A stretch of DNA of 64,000 nucleotides from an uncultured Nitrospiraceae bacterium (lineage in GTDB: Bacteria; Nitrospirota; Nitrospiria; Nitrospirales; Nitrospiraceae), in assembly GCA_963730935.1 (NCBI GenBank), contig CAVSTP010000004.1, positions 1,504,001 through 1,568,000 of the forward strand. Reading direction: 5' to 3'. Made by a program: the position numbers and the translations under genes. The notes below the pieces were generated by a model. That model made no database searches, was not told the DNA's origin, and saw nothing but the letters and a program-made list of their open reading frames with translations. This document shows, piece by piece, positions 1 through 9,428 of the stretch (its first letter is position 1; every line of letters starts with the position of its first letter).

Positions 1-636
1 GAGGATCTCCGTCTTGCGCACTAACGCCGCGACGCAGCGGTCTTGTTCTTCGGCGCTGACGGCCCGGGCGATGACAAAGGCCAGGGCTTCCCGACTGTCG
101 TAAGACGCCTGTAACAGCCGAGAACGAAAATAGCCGAGACCGGCAGGATCCACCCAGGGATAATGTTGTTCCCAGGCGGTAATGCGCGTCGACAAGAGCG
201 CCGGCGCAAACAATTCGGTCAGCGAAGCGGCCACCGCTTCGACCAATGTCGCATCTCTCACGAGCGTCACATAGGCATCGCACGCAAAGCGCACGCCGGG
301 CAACACGAGAGACGGCATATCCGACAGGGTGCTGTCCGATATTCCAACCGCGTGTGCGAGCCGCCGCCAGAGGGTCAAGCCGCCTATTACCCATTCATCG
401 CCATCCTGATCATGGAGTCTTTGTGCCCACACACGACGGAACTCGGGGTCCTCTGACTTCGCGAGGATCAGGGCATCTTTGATGGGAATACGGGTTTGAT
501 AGTAATAGCGGTTCAACACCCATTGCTGGAGTTGGTGGGGTGTCAGTTTCCCCTCATGCATCAGCACATGGAACGGATGCTCGTGGTGATAGCGTTGCAA
601 TCCTTGATGCCGTAAGCGTTCTTCAAACGCGGTCAT
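1..636 (-). CDS. pqqC: Pyrroloquinoline-quinone synthase PqqC (3' end runs off the window)
   Basis: Not in the ORF track. Manual translation gives [32 protein letters not shown]...[17 protein letters not shown]...[13 protein letters not shown]...YFRSRL, which are typical PqqC motifs. The start overlaps the pqqB stop (ATGA). Confidence 0.95.
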   Translation of the reverse strand, partial: MTAFEERLRHQGLQRYHHEHPFHVLMHEGKLTPHQLQQWVLNRYYYQTRIPIKDALILAKSEDPEFRRVWAQRLHDQDGDEWVIGGLTLWRRLAHAVGISDSTLSDMPSLVLPGVRFACDAYVTLVRDATLVEAVAASLTELFAPALLSTRITAWEQHYPWVDPAGLGYFRSRLLQASYDSREALAFVIARAVSAEEQDRCVAALVRKTEIL

Positions 637-1550
637 AACACGAGCTCCATTCCATCGTACGCGACCTCCACCCCCGCTTGTTCTGTTTGGCACCGCTCAG
701 GTGAATCGTCCCGTAAAATAGGATTCGTATTGTTGATGTGGATCACAATCCGACGTGAGCGGGACTTCTCGAGCACTGACAGGCTGCCGTTGGACCCGGC
801 TAATGGCCAATGGGCCATATCACGCGCCTTCTTTTTGCCTATGCCGAGAGCGACCAATTCGTCGTCCGACCAAAACGTGCCATCGAACAAGAGACAATCG
901 GCGGTCTCCATGATTCGTTCAACTTCTGGATTGCTCGCACCGACGCAGGGGGCATAGCCGAGGCATGGTCCACCCGTCGTCTCGCTCATGAGCAGCGCGA
1001 TATTGTCTCCAAGCTGTGGCCCAACCTGGTCTTCCAAATAGAGCGGGACTTTTCCAGGAACGGGGATCGGGGTGACGACCAGTTGGCTTGATCGGTGGTC
1101 AGCGGTGAGCAGCGTGTGGTTTCCGTACAGTTTTAATTCATGCCAAGTCACCTGTCCCGAAGTCTGGTTCAGCGCACGATAGAAGCGGTTCTCAGCTGTG
1201 ACGGCTTGGCGTACTGGCTCAGTCGCATAGATCTGCAAGGGCTGGGATTCCCGAAGAGACAGTAGGCCAAGGCACTGGTCCAGATCGCCATTGGTCAAAA
1301 TGATGCCGGCGATGGGAGAGTCGCGCAGGGCCCGAGGATGCAAAGGAGGGAAGCCCGCCAATTGTGCGCTGATCTCCGGCGTGGCATGAATCAGAAACCA
1401 GTTGCCGTCGCTATCGCACAACGCAATGCACGCCTGTCTTCGCGGAGCGACGGCGATGGTGCCCGCGCGCAGGCCGGCGCAGTTCGGGCAGCCGCAGTTC
1501 CATTGCGGAAATCCACCGCCGGCTGCCGAGCCCAAGACATGAATTCGCAC
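633..1550 (-). CDS. pqqB: PQQ biosynthesis protein PqqB (metallo-beta-lactamase fold)
   Basis: Motifs [39 protein letters not shown] and VAYDGME; lies between pqqA and pqqC. Confidence 0.96.
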   Translation of the reverse strand: MRIHVLGSAAGGGFPQWNCGCPNCAGLRAGTIAVAPRRQACIALCDSDGNWFLIHATPEISAQLAGFPPLHPRALRDSPIAGIILTNGDLDQCLGLLSLRESQPLQIYATEPVRQAVTAENRFYRALNQTSGQVTWHELKLYGNHTLLTADHRSSQLVVTPIPVPGKVPLYLEDQVGPQLGDNIALLMSETTGGPCLGYAPCVGASNPEVERIMETADCLLFDGTFWSDDELVALGIGKKKARDMAHWPLAGSNGSLSVLEKSRSRRIVIHINNTNPILRDDSPERCQTEQAGVEVAYDGMELVL

Positions 1551-1556
1551 GCTGAG

Positions 1557-1706
1557 TCATGCCTCATTCGGAAGGGATAGAGGATCATCACCCGGCCGGA
1601 TGGCGTCTTCAGGCCTCGGAGCTCGCTCCTCGAAGTCGTCCTGATAGCCTCCGATTTCGGCGCTCATGTTGATCTCGGTATAGGCGGGTGTAGTCCAGGG
1701 AACCAT
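1557..1706 (-). CDS. pqqA: PqqA-like precursor peptide, 49 aa, with C-terminal extension
   Basis: MVPWTTPAYTEINMSAEIGGYQDDFEER...: WxxP leader and ExxxY core. GAGGAAGG RBS upstream of the ATG at 1706; immediately upstream of pqqB. Confidence 0.88.
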   Translation of the reverse strand: MVPWTTPAYTEINMSAEIGGYQDDFEERAPRPEDAIRPGDDPLSLPNEA

Positions 1707-1820
1707 AAAAACCTTCCTCGCTATCTCAGTGGGGTCGTACTGGGAGGTATCGTACGGCCACGTGATACCTAATGAAACCCAGCGAATCCCTAGGTGGGTT
1801 TCGGCTGGATAGGCCTTCCT

Positions 1821-2028
1821 GCTCACGCGAGGGGTAAAACCACAGTGCGGCGTCACTACTTGGCTCCGCAACTTGGTCCGTTCCAGACTGCGTCTGAACG
1901 AACCTTCGCACAGTGCGTCTCGCCATCGCCAAAAGGCGATCGCAGTGACAGCGCGCTGCCCCCCTCGCAAGTCGCAGGCAAGGCACTATCCACCTCGTGG
2001 GCAGAGGAAACAAGCGAGCTTGGAAGGG
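1821..2028 (-). repeat. Dispersed structured repeat, family A (copy 1), plus short motif C
   Basis: The reverse complement matches 32622-32795; the ~72-bp core 1859-1931 vs 32686-32758 has two mismatches by eye. Confidence 0.85.
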
Positions 2029-2180
2029 TCGCCGCGGGTCCTGTCGTCGATCCCAGCTCGTGCTCGCACCCCGCCCGGTGTAGGGATGCGCGAGCAAGCG
2101 ATCGCCGCCACCCGCAACGAGCAGTGAAGGGGTCAAAGGGCATGGTATCTAACTGCGGGCACCTCGTGACAAGCCGCGTC

Positions 2181-2450
2181 CCGGGTGAACGATTGCAAAG
2201 CAATCGGTGGGTTGGTGGGTGAAAACAACGAGGCTGGGTGGGCGGGTGAGAAACGGCCGCCCAGACCGACGCCACCCGAGATCGCGATAGCGCCCACAAC
2301 TCACCGCCGGTCGCGTGAAGACTCGACCGTGCACCTTTATGGGAAAGGGGCACGAGCCGCTTGGGAACAGGGTGAGTGCCGGGTAAACGATTGCAAAGCA
2401 ATCGGTGGGTCGGTGAGTGAAAAAGGACTGCCCAGGATTGGGCCGGTGAG
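2181..2450 (+). repeat. Two copies of REP-like family B (GATTGC-AAA-GCAATC-GGTGGGT...GTGAAAA)
   Basis: Copies at ~2181-2255 and ~2379-2450; related copies at 41631-41709 and 61991-62064. Confidence 0.8.
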
Positions 2451-2616
2451 ACTGGCGCGCAGTAGGAGATCAATCCAGTCCGCCCCACAGGGAGAACGAG
2501 CGAGCTTGGAAGGAGTATTGTCATCGCCGAGAAAGAAAGGGGACAGGCTACATTTCCCGTCGGCTTCGTCGCCCAGAGAGAGTAGCCTGTCCGTTTTCTC
2601 GAGCTCGCTCTTGCTC

Positions 2617-2937
2617 TTACGGTGCTGTCATCGTAAAGGGCTCTGTTCTCTCCGACGGCCTTGTCGCAACGGGCGGCGGTATCACGATTGGACCCGTTCC
2701 CTTCACTTCTGCTCCATATTCATCTTCTGAAAGTTCACTCACCTCCGCAGAGTGTAAAATGACGGTGCTTCTCGTCCTGTCATCCTTAAACTTGACCCCT
2801 CCGCTCCTCTCGTCGATGTCTGTGGTGTAGTAGGTCTTGCCGGAGCCGGGATCCGTCACACGATAGTAATGGGAACACCCGACCACCATCAGGCTCAACA
2901 CGCATATTAGTAGGACTCTGCTCATATGTGTGTTCAT
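2617..2937 (-). CDS. Small hypothetical lipoprotein
   Basis: GAGAGG RBS before the ATG at 2937; hydrophobic signal ending in a VVGC lipobox. Confidence 0.7.
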   Translation of the reverse strand: MNTHMSRVLLICVLSLMVVGCSHYYRVTDPGSGKTYYTTDIDERSGGVKFKDDRTRSTVILHSAEVSELSEDEYGAEVKGTGPIVIPPPVATRPSERTEPFTMTAP

Positions 2938-2989
2938 ACATCCGTCCTCTCTTAACGATAGCTCGCCATCGCCCTCTTCTCCTTCTACT

Positions 2990-3940
2990 TTATGAGAGGG
3001 GGATGCGGCTTTTGTTGCTGGCCAACCACGTCTCAAAAGTTTGAAGCGACGGGTTGAGGCCGCGGGCAATGGCAGGATTGCGCGGGCCGCAGAAGACCTC
3101 CTGGAAGTCGCGCTTGAACTGGAACATGTTGCCCAGATCTTCCGCGCCCGGAAATCCGAACTTCCGATAGGCCTCCGGAGACACATCGTTGTACCGCACC
3201 TCTTGCCCCAGGGCCTTCGTCAGCGCGGCAGCCATCTGTCCCCCCGTCAGATGCTCGCCGGCGATCCCGACCGTCTTCCCGATGAACTCTTTGCCCTTCT
3301 TGAAAATCGCGAGGGCGGACTTGCCGATATCGTCGACGGCGATTCCGGGGAGCTTCTTATCCCCCATGGGATAGGTCAGTGCGAGCTTGCCGTCTGGCCC
3401 TTTCTTGGGCCCCAGGCCGAAGAAAATCAGGTTCTCCCAGTAGAATGAGGTCAGCAGCAACGTCGTCGGCACGCCGAGCTCGGTAAACAGGTGATCCGCC
3501 TCTCCCTTGGCGTCGAAGTGCGCCACCTTGTACTTGCCCATCAGCGTCGGCATCCGGTTATCGCTGAGAGGCACCCACCGCCTGGTGTCCTCGAGCGTGG
3601 ACCAGATGACATGCTGGAGATTGGTCTGCTTCGCCGCCTGCGCCATGTTTTTCGCCTGGGCCAGTTCCTTCTCCGGCGAGAAGTGTTCCCAGAAGTTGGT
3701 GAGCAAAAACGCGCCATACGCACCGGCGAATGCCCGCTTTAGCGATTCGACGTCATCCAGATCGGCCGCGACCACCTCGGCGCCGAGCTTCTTGAGCTCC
3801 TTGCCCTTGTCAGAATCCACCTTGCGCGTCAGCGCGCGCACCGCGAAACCGCTGCTTGGATCGTTCAGGATGGCACGCACCAACCCGCCGCCCTGCGCTC
3901 CGGTGGCACCAACGACGGCAATGATCTTTTTCTCACTCAT
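2990..3940 (-). CDS. NmrA/HSCARG family NAD(P)-binding protein
   Basis: VVGATGAQGG Rossmann motif, HFDAKGE and SFYWEN. Confidence 0.9.
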   Translation of the reverse strand: MSEKKIIAVVGATGAQGGGLVRAILNDPSSGFAVRALTRKVDSDKGKELKKLGAEVVAADLDDVESLKRAFAGAYGAFLLTNFWEHFSPEKELAQAKNMAQAAKQTNLQHVIWSTLEDTRRWVPLSDNRMPTLMGKYKVAHFDAKGEADHLFTELGVPTTLLLTSFYWENLIFFGLGPKKGPDGKLALTYPMGDKKLPGIAVDDIGKSALAIFKKGKEFIGKTVGIAGEHLTGGQMAAALTKALGQEVRYNDVSPEAYRKFGFPGAEDLGNMFQFKRDFQEVFCGPRNPAIARGLNPSLQTFETWLASNKSRIPLS

Positions 3941-4024
3941 GGCTGCTCCCTCCCCTCTTTCAGATTTGAACCCTCAAATCGCAAACTGCAAATTCAATAA
4001 AGCTCCTTCCAAGCTTGCTCGTAC

Positions 4025-4324
4025 TCAACGGTGAGCCAAGGGCGGCAGGCCGATGTGTGCATGGTCATGGGCTGCCTGCTGTCTGCTCGTGGACTCAGAC
4101 CATATGGCCTTTCTCCTCACGAAGTACCATATCGAGGAGAAAATGAGGCCGACATTTCCCACCACAAAGGCCCAAGATCCCACATACAGTGCCAAAATCA
4201 CGAAAGCGGCATCGAAGGATCCTAGCGTCTCCACGACCAGGATATTCAGCCCCCCACCCATGACCACCAGAGCAGTGGCTATTTCCATGGTTCGTAAGAT
4301 GTTCTTTTGTGTTTGAGTGTTCAT
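4025..4324 (-). CDS. Small hypothetical membrane protein (2 TM)
   Basis: AAAGGGG RBS, ATG at 4324, two hydrophobic segments. Confidence 0.55.
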   Translation of the reverse strand: MNTQTQKNILRTMEIATALVVMGGGLNILVVETLGSFDAAFVILALYVGSWAFVVGNVGLIFSSIWYFVRRKAIWSESTSRQQAAHDHAHIGLPPLAHR

Positions 4325-4658
4325 GGGGGCCCCCTTTCTACCGGCGATCGGCCTTGAAACTCGTTGGCGTCCCGCCAACCTCTTCACCGTATAGAGAGCC
4401 ATCTGAGCATATCGCGTTCCACAGGAACCATCGGTAGGCCAGAGTCAGCGATGTCGTTGATTCTGGAGGGGGTTCGGCGATTTCGGTCGTTACGGTCGTT
4501 AGAAGTAGCAAAGGAAGAAATTAGCGGTGACGAAGAGAATCTGCCGATCTAACGGCGCGCTGCCGATAGGTCGGCGCCCTACAGAGCGAGGAAGGAAACG
4601 AGTTTCCGTGTCGAGCACTTGAGAGACTTAGGTAGAAGGCGCCGTCCACCTCCTGATA

Positions 4659-4883
4659 CTAGTCCCCCCTCCGCAGTTGCTCTAGGTAGGTAGCCGTCTC
4701 GCAATCCTTCAATCGCAACTCTCGATACGCCTGTAAGTTCGTAATCTGAATCTCAAGGATATGTAGTTGCGATCTCGCCAGCTGCAAGTCAAGGTCGGTA
4801 AGACCTTCACTATCTTTGTGCAACAGATGAAACAACTGCTGGCTGCGATGGAGAAAGTCGGTAAGAGCCTTTCGTGTATTCAT
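4659..4883 (-). CDS. Small hypothetical helical protein
   Basis: ORF with amphipathic Leu periodicity; start codon uncertain. Confidence 0.4.
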   Translation of the reverse strand: MNTRKALTDFLHRSQQLFHLLHKDSEGLTDLDLQLARSQLHILEIQITNLQAYRELRLKDCETATYLEQLRRGD

Positions 4884-5170
4884 AATGAGCGCTGAAAATA
4901 CTCGTGTTTGTAGCCTCACTGCACTCGGAAAACCCCTAAATAAGTGTTACGTCGAGATTAAGAAAGTGTGGAGGGATGCAGCTGACCACAGCGGCGAACA
5001 AGTCTATGTACAAGGGCGCCAGGAGAAGACAGACTGTCAGAACTGACAGGCGACCTTTGAAGTTCAACTGTGGGATTATCGTTTCTTCTGAATTGATCCG
5101 ACAAACCGATCAACCGCACGAACTCCACGCAGTTCATTCCACGTATCTGGGACGAAACAGAGGTGACAAG

Positions 5171-6256
5171 ATGAAGGCGACGCAATTGCTACACAATCTC
5201 GGTCAGAGTCTCTGGCTCGACAACATTACCCGTGATCTGCTGACCAGCGGCACCTTGAAATCCTACATCGACGACCTGTCGGTGACCGGGCTCACCTCGA
5301 ATCCCACGATCTTCGACCATGCCATTAAAAACAGCGCCGCCTATGACGCGGCAATCAGTGAAAAGCTGAGCAAGGGCAAATCGGGAGAGATACTGTTTTA
5401 CGAGTTGGCAATGGACGACATCACCCGTGCGGCGGATCTCTTCCGACCGATTTACGACCGGACTGACGGCGTGGATGGCTGGGTCTCGCTGGAGGTCTCG
5501 CCGTTGCTGGCGCACGACACCTCGAAGACACTTGAGGCGGCCAAAGACCTCCAGGGACGGGCCGGACGGCCAAACCTGTTTATCAAGATCCCCGGAACGA
5601 AAGAGGGCTTGCCTGCCATCGAGGAGGCGATCTTTGCCGGCATTCCGATCAACGTCACGCTCCTCTTCTCCCGCGAGCAGTATCTGGCGGCGGCAGACGC
5701 CTTTCTGCGCGGCATCGAGCGGCGCATCGAGAAGGGACTCAACCCCAGCGTCCCCTCCGTGGCCTCACTCTTCATCAGTCGGTGGGATGCGGCGGTGGCA
5801 GGAACAGTCCCGGCCCCGCTGCAGAACCATCTCGGAATCGCGATGGCCAAGCGGACCTACAAGGCCTACAGGGAGCTGCTGGGCTCGAGCCGGTGGCAGC
5901 GTTCATTTAACGACGGCGCACGTCCCCAACGCCTGCTCTGGGCCAGTACGGGAACGAAAGATCCCAAGGCGTCGGATGTCCTGTATATCAAGTCCCTGGC
6001 TGCGCCGTTTACGGTGAATACGATGCCGGAGAATACCTTGAAAGCGCTCGCCGACCATGGCCAACTGGACACCATCCTGCCGGCCGACGGAGGCGATGCC
6101 GAATGGATCCTCGCGGAATTCGCAAACCTGGGCATCGACGTCGATGCGCTGGCAACTCGGCTTCAGGATGAAGGGGCGAAGTCGTTCGTGAAATCATGGG
6201 AAGAGCTCATGTCAGTGATCTCGTCCAAGAGCGCCGTGCTCAAAAAGGCCGGCTAG
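5171..6256 (+). CDS. tal: Transaldolase
   Basis: GQSLWLDNI, GLTSNPTIF, NLFIKIPGT, INVTLLFS and RLLWASTGTK; start placed at ATG 5171 after GAGG. Confidence 0.95.
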   Translation: MKATQLLHNLGQSLWLDNITRDLLTSGTLKSYIDDLSVTGLTSNPTIFDHAIKNSAAYDAAISEKLSKGKSGEILFYELAMDDITRAADLFRPIYDRTDGVDGWVSLEVSPLLAHDTSKTLEAAKDLQGRAGRPNLFIKIPGTKEGLPAIEEAIFAGIPINVTLLFSREQYLAAADAFLRGIERRIEKGLNPSVPSVASLFISRWDAAVAGTVPAPLQNHLGIAMAKRTYKAYRELLGSSRWQRSFNDGARPQRLLWASTGTKDPKASDVLYIKSLAAPFTVNTMPENTLKALADHGQLDTILPADGGDAEWILAEFANLGIDVDALATRLQDEGAKSFVKSWEELMSVISSKSAVLKKAG

Positions 6257-6292
6257 ACAGTCCGGTAGACGCGTGACAACAAAGGAGAGCTT

Positions 6293-7309
6293 ATGCAAAT
6301 CGGCATGATCGGGCTTGGAAGGATGGGCGCAAACATGGTGCGGCGGCTGCTGAAGGGCGGTCAACAGTGCATGGTCTTTGACCGATCGTCCAAGGCCGTG
6401 GAGGAATTGGTTCAAGAGAAAGCCATCGGGGCCAGTTCGCTAGCGGACTTAGTAAAGAAGTTGGACAAACCGCGGGCGGTCTGGCTGATGGTCCCGGCAG
6501 CCGTCGTGGACCAGACGATCGCCGACCTCCTGCCCCATCTTGAAGCGGAAGACATCCTCATCGACGGTGGAAACTCCTATTACGTGGACGATATCCGGCG
6601 CGCGAAGGAACTCGCCGCGAAGCGCATCGCCTACGTGGACGTCGGGACAAGCGGTGGTGTGTGGGGGTTGGAACGTGGTTACTGCATGATGATCGGCGGT
6701 CCGACGCCAGTGGTGCAGCGGCTCGATCGGATCTTCTCGACGCTGGCACCCGGCGCGGGTGACGTGCCGCGCACGCCCGGTCGGGAGAAATTGGGCGGCA
6801 CCGCCGAACAAGGCTATCTGCACTGCGGGCCGGCCGGCGCGGGCCATTTTGTGAAGATGGTCCACAATGGGATTGAGTACGGTCTGATGGCGGCCTACGC
6901 CGAGGGGCTGGGCATCTTGCGCAACGCCAACATCGGCAAACAACAACATACGATCGATGCGGAGACCACGCCGCTGCGCAACCCGGAACATTATCAGTAT
7001 GATTTCAATCTGCGCGATATTGCCGAGGTCTGGCGCCGCGGCAGCGTGATTGCCTCGTGGCTGCTGGATTTGACAGCCACCGGACTCGTGAAAGATTCCG
7101 ATCTTTCCCAATTTTCCGGCCGTGTCTCCGACTCCGGCGAAGGCCGATGGACCGTCAAGGCGGCGATCGACGAGGCCGTGCCGATCCCCGTCCTCTCTGC
7201 CGCGTTGTATCAGCGGTTCGCTTCCCGTGGCGAAGCCGAGTACGAGGATCGGGTCCTGTCAGCCATGCGCTACGGGTTCGGCGGGCATGTGGAAGTGAAG
7301 GGGAAATGA
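6293..7309 (+). CDS. gnd: 6-phosphogluconate dehydrogenase, decarboxylating (short type)
   Basis: GLGRMG, DGGNS, DVGTSGG and [23 protein letters not shown]. Confidence 0.95.
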   Translation: MQIGMIGLGRMGANMVRRLLKGGQQCMVFDRSSKAVEELVQEKAIGASSLADLVKKLDKPRAVWLMVPAAVVDQTIADLLPHLEAEDILIDGGNSYYVDDIRRAKELAAKRIAYVDVGTSGGVWGLERGYCMMIGGPTPVVQRLDRIFSTLAPGAGDVPRTPGREKLGGTAEQGYLHCGPAGAGHFVKMVHNGIEYGLMAAYAEGLGILRNANIGKQQHTIDAETTPLRNPEHYQYDFNLRDIAEVWRRGSVIASWLLDLTATGLVKDSDLSQFSGRVSDSGEGRWTVKAAIDEAVPIPVLSAALYQRFASRGEAEYEDRVLSAMRYGFGGHVEVKGK

Positions 7310-7321
7310 CATGCGGGAAGG

Positions 7322-8707
7322 ATGTTGATGATGGACGATTCACACTCCGATGCGCTCGTCTTCTTCGGGGCCACGGGCGATCTGGCCTATAGGAAAATCT
7401 TTCCGTCCCTGCAGAGCCTGGTGAAACGGGGTCGCCTCGACGTGCCGGTCATCGGCGTCGCCAAAGCCGGCTGGACCCTGGAGCAGCTCCGCGCGCGGGC
7501 CCGCGAGAGTATCGAGAAGCACGGAGGCATCGATGCGGCGGCGTTCGAGAAGCTCAATAGATTGCTGCGGTATGTGGATGGCGACTACCGGGACCCCGCT
7601 ACCTTTGAGGCAATCCGCAAAGCGCTCAACGGGGCATCGCGGCCGACTCATTACTTGGCCATCCCGCCTGTGCTGTTCGAAACGGTCATCGACCAATTGG
7701 CGAAGGCGGGCGAGGCGCATGACGCGCGCGTGGTCGTCGAAAAGCCGTTCGGGACCGATCTTGACTCCGCCAAGGAGCTCAACGGCATTCTCTTGAAGAG
7801 CTTCGATGAAACCGCCATCTACCGCATCGATCATTACCTGGGCAAGCGCCCGGTGCACAACTTGCTCTTCTTCCGGTTCTCCAACACCTTCCTGGAGTCG
7901 TTTTGGAACCGCCACCTGGTGGAGAGCGTGCAGATCACCATGGCCGAGGACTTTGGGATCCAGGGCCGAGGCGCGTTCTATGACGGCACCGGCACGCTCC
8001 GCGACGTGGTCCAGAATCATCTCTTCCAGGTGCTGGCCTACCTGACCATGGAGCCTCCGGTCAAAACAGACAGCGAGTCGATCAGGGATGAAAAGGTCAA
8101 GATCCTCCGCGCGATTCCTCCCCTCGAGCCCGCGAACATCGTCCGCGGACAGTTTCGGGGTTATCGGCAGGAGAACGGCGTGGCCTCAGACTCGCAAATG
8201 GAAACGTTCGTCGCCCTACGCCTGCACATCAATTCGTGGCGCTGGCAAGGCGTCCCCTTCTACATCCGCGCCGGAAAAAATCTGCCGGTGACCTGCACGG
8301 AAATCATCGTCCGCTTGCGGCGGCCTCCGTCGGTGTTTGCGACATCCTCTTCTGCGCCGAATTATTTCCGTTTCAGGATCAGCCCGGAGGTGACCATCGC
8401 GTTCGGTACGACGGTCATGGACCGTGAGGAGAAGATGCTCGGACAAATGGTGGAAATGGTGGCGAGCCACTGGCCCGGCACTGAGGACACGGACGCGTAT
8501 GCCCGGGTCCTTGGAGACGCGATGGCCGGCGATGCCACGCTGTTTGCCCGGGAGGACTATGTGGAGGAAGCGTGGCGTATCGTCGATCCCGTCCTGAAGG
8601 CACAGACTCCAGTATACGAATACAATCCGAACACGTGGGGACCGAATGAGGTCAATCTGTTGGTGTCGCCGGCCGGAGGCTGGCAGGACCCTGTCATGAC
8701 CAGCTGA
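7322..8707 (+). CDS. zwf: Glucose-6-phosphate 1-dehydrogenase
   Basis: FGATGDLA, EKPFG, RIDHYLGK and RWQGVPFYIRAGK. Confidence 0.96.
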   Translation: MLMMDDSHSDALVFFGATGDLAYRKIFPSLQSLVKRGRLDVPVIGVAKAGWTLEQLRARARESIEKHGGIDAAAFEKLNRLLRYVDGDYRDPATFEAIRKALNGASRPTHYLAIPPVLFETVIDQLAKAGEAHDARVVVEKPFGTDLDSAKELNGILLKSFDETAIYRIDHYLGKRPVHNLLFFRFSNTFLESFWNRHLVESVQITMAEDFGIQGRGAFYDGTGTLRDVVQNHLFQVLAYLTMEPPVKTDSESIRDEKVKILRAIPPLEPANIVRGQFRGYRQENGVASDSQMETFVALRLHINSWRWQGVPFYIRAGKNLPVTCTEIIVRLRRPPSVFATSSSAPNYFRFRISPEVTIAFGTTVMDREEKMLGQMVEMVASHWPGTEDTDAYARVLGDAMAGDATLFAREDYVEEAWRIVDPVLKAQTPVYEYNPNTWGPNEVNLLVSPAGGWQDPVMTS

Positions 8708-8735
8708 TGTTGATCGAAGGTGGTCGTTCCTTCGT

Positions 8736-9428
8736 TCATCTTCGGGATGCCGGTCTTTGATGGTTTGCCCCCAAATTGATCTTCCGAAGGTCCTCTTCAA
8801 AAGCCATGAACACCTGTTCGAGGCCTTGATTCCAAGCCAGCGTGAGCCCCTCAGGAGAGGTATCGGTCATCTCCACCATTTGATGATAGTCGCGCTGAAA
8901 CAGAATGGCCGTCCGGGTCGGGTTATCTTCGATCAAGACCATGCGGATCCCGACGACCGCTTTCCGCCTGTCCTTTTGACGGTAGTCCCCGTAGAGGTCC
9001 GTCACCGTTCCCTCCAACCGATGGGTCGCGTCAATGTAGCTGGACGCCGCCACGACATGTTCGAAGAGCTGGGCATTGATGAGCCAGTTCTGCGCCTGTT
9101 GGGTCAGCATCGTGCTGGGCGGCACAAACCACTGATTGTAGAAATCGGATTCGTACCGTGTGTCGTCCGTCCGATAGACGAGCTCTTGCCCTTGAAAGGC
9201 AGGTGAGACCACAAATCGCCGCACTTCCAGGACGGTCCCGGCCACAGGCGCACCGGATTCGAGTTGCCTGGTCACGTCCAGCGCATAGTACTGTCTCTCT
9301 GGATTGCTCTTGGCTAAGTTGACACAGCTGCTCAGCACCAGGAGCGCCAGAAGCAGCACCCCGTTCACTGAGACGAAGAATCTGCGGGACCTACCGCCTT
9401 CCGGCTTTCGCATGTGATGGTGGCTCAC
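8736..9428 (-). CDS. ABC-type transport auxiliary lipoprotein (PqiC-like)
   Basis: LSSC lipobox, YYAL...LVYR...YNQW..PP pattern; downstream of the MlaD gene. True start may lie further in. Confidence 0.8.
   Translation of the reverse strand: MSHHHMRKPEGGRSRRFFVSVNGVLLLALLVLSSCVNLAKSNPERQYYALDVTRQLESGAPVAGTVLEVRRFVVSPAFQGQELVYRTDDTRYESDFYNQWFVPPSTMLTQQAQNWLINAQLFEHVVAASSYIDATHRLEGTVTDLYGDYRQKDRRKAVVGIRMVLIEDNPTRTAILFQRDYHQMVEMTDTSPEGLTLAWNQGLEQVFMAFEEDLRKINLGANHQRPASRR

Noticed and set aside
1726..2730. Several overlapping 60-220 aa ORFs on both strands
   Set aside because: They run through repeat families A, B and C; the same pseudo-peptides (MARRTVRRFVQ, DCKAIGG) recur wherever the repeats occur.
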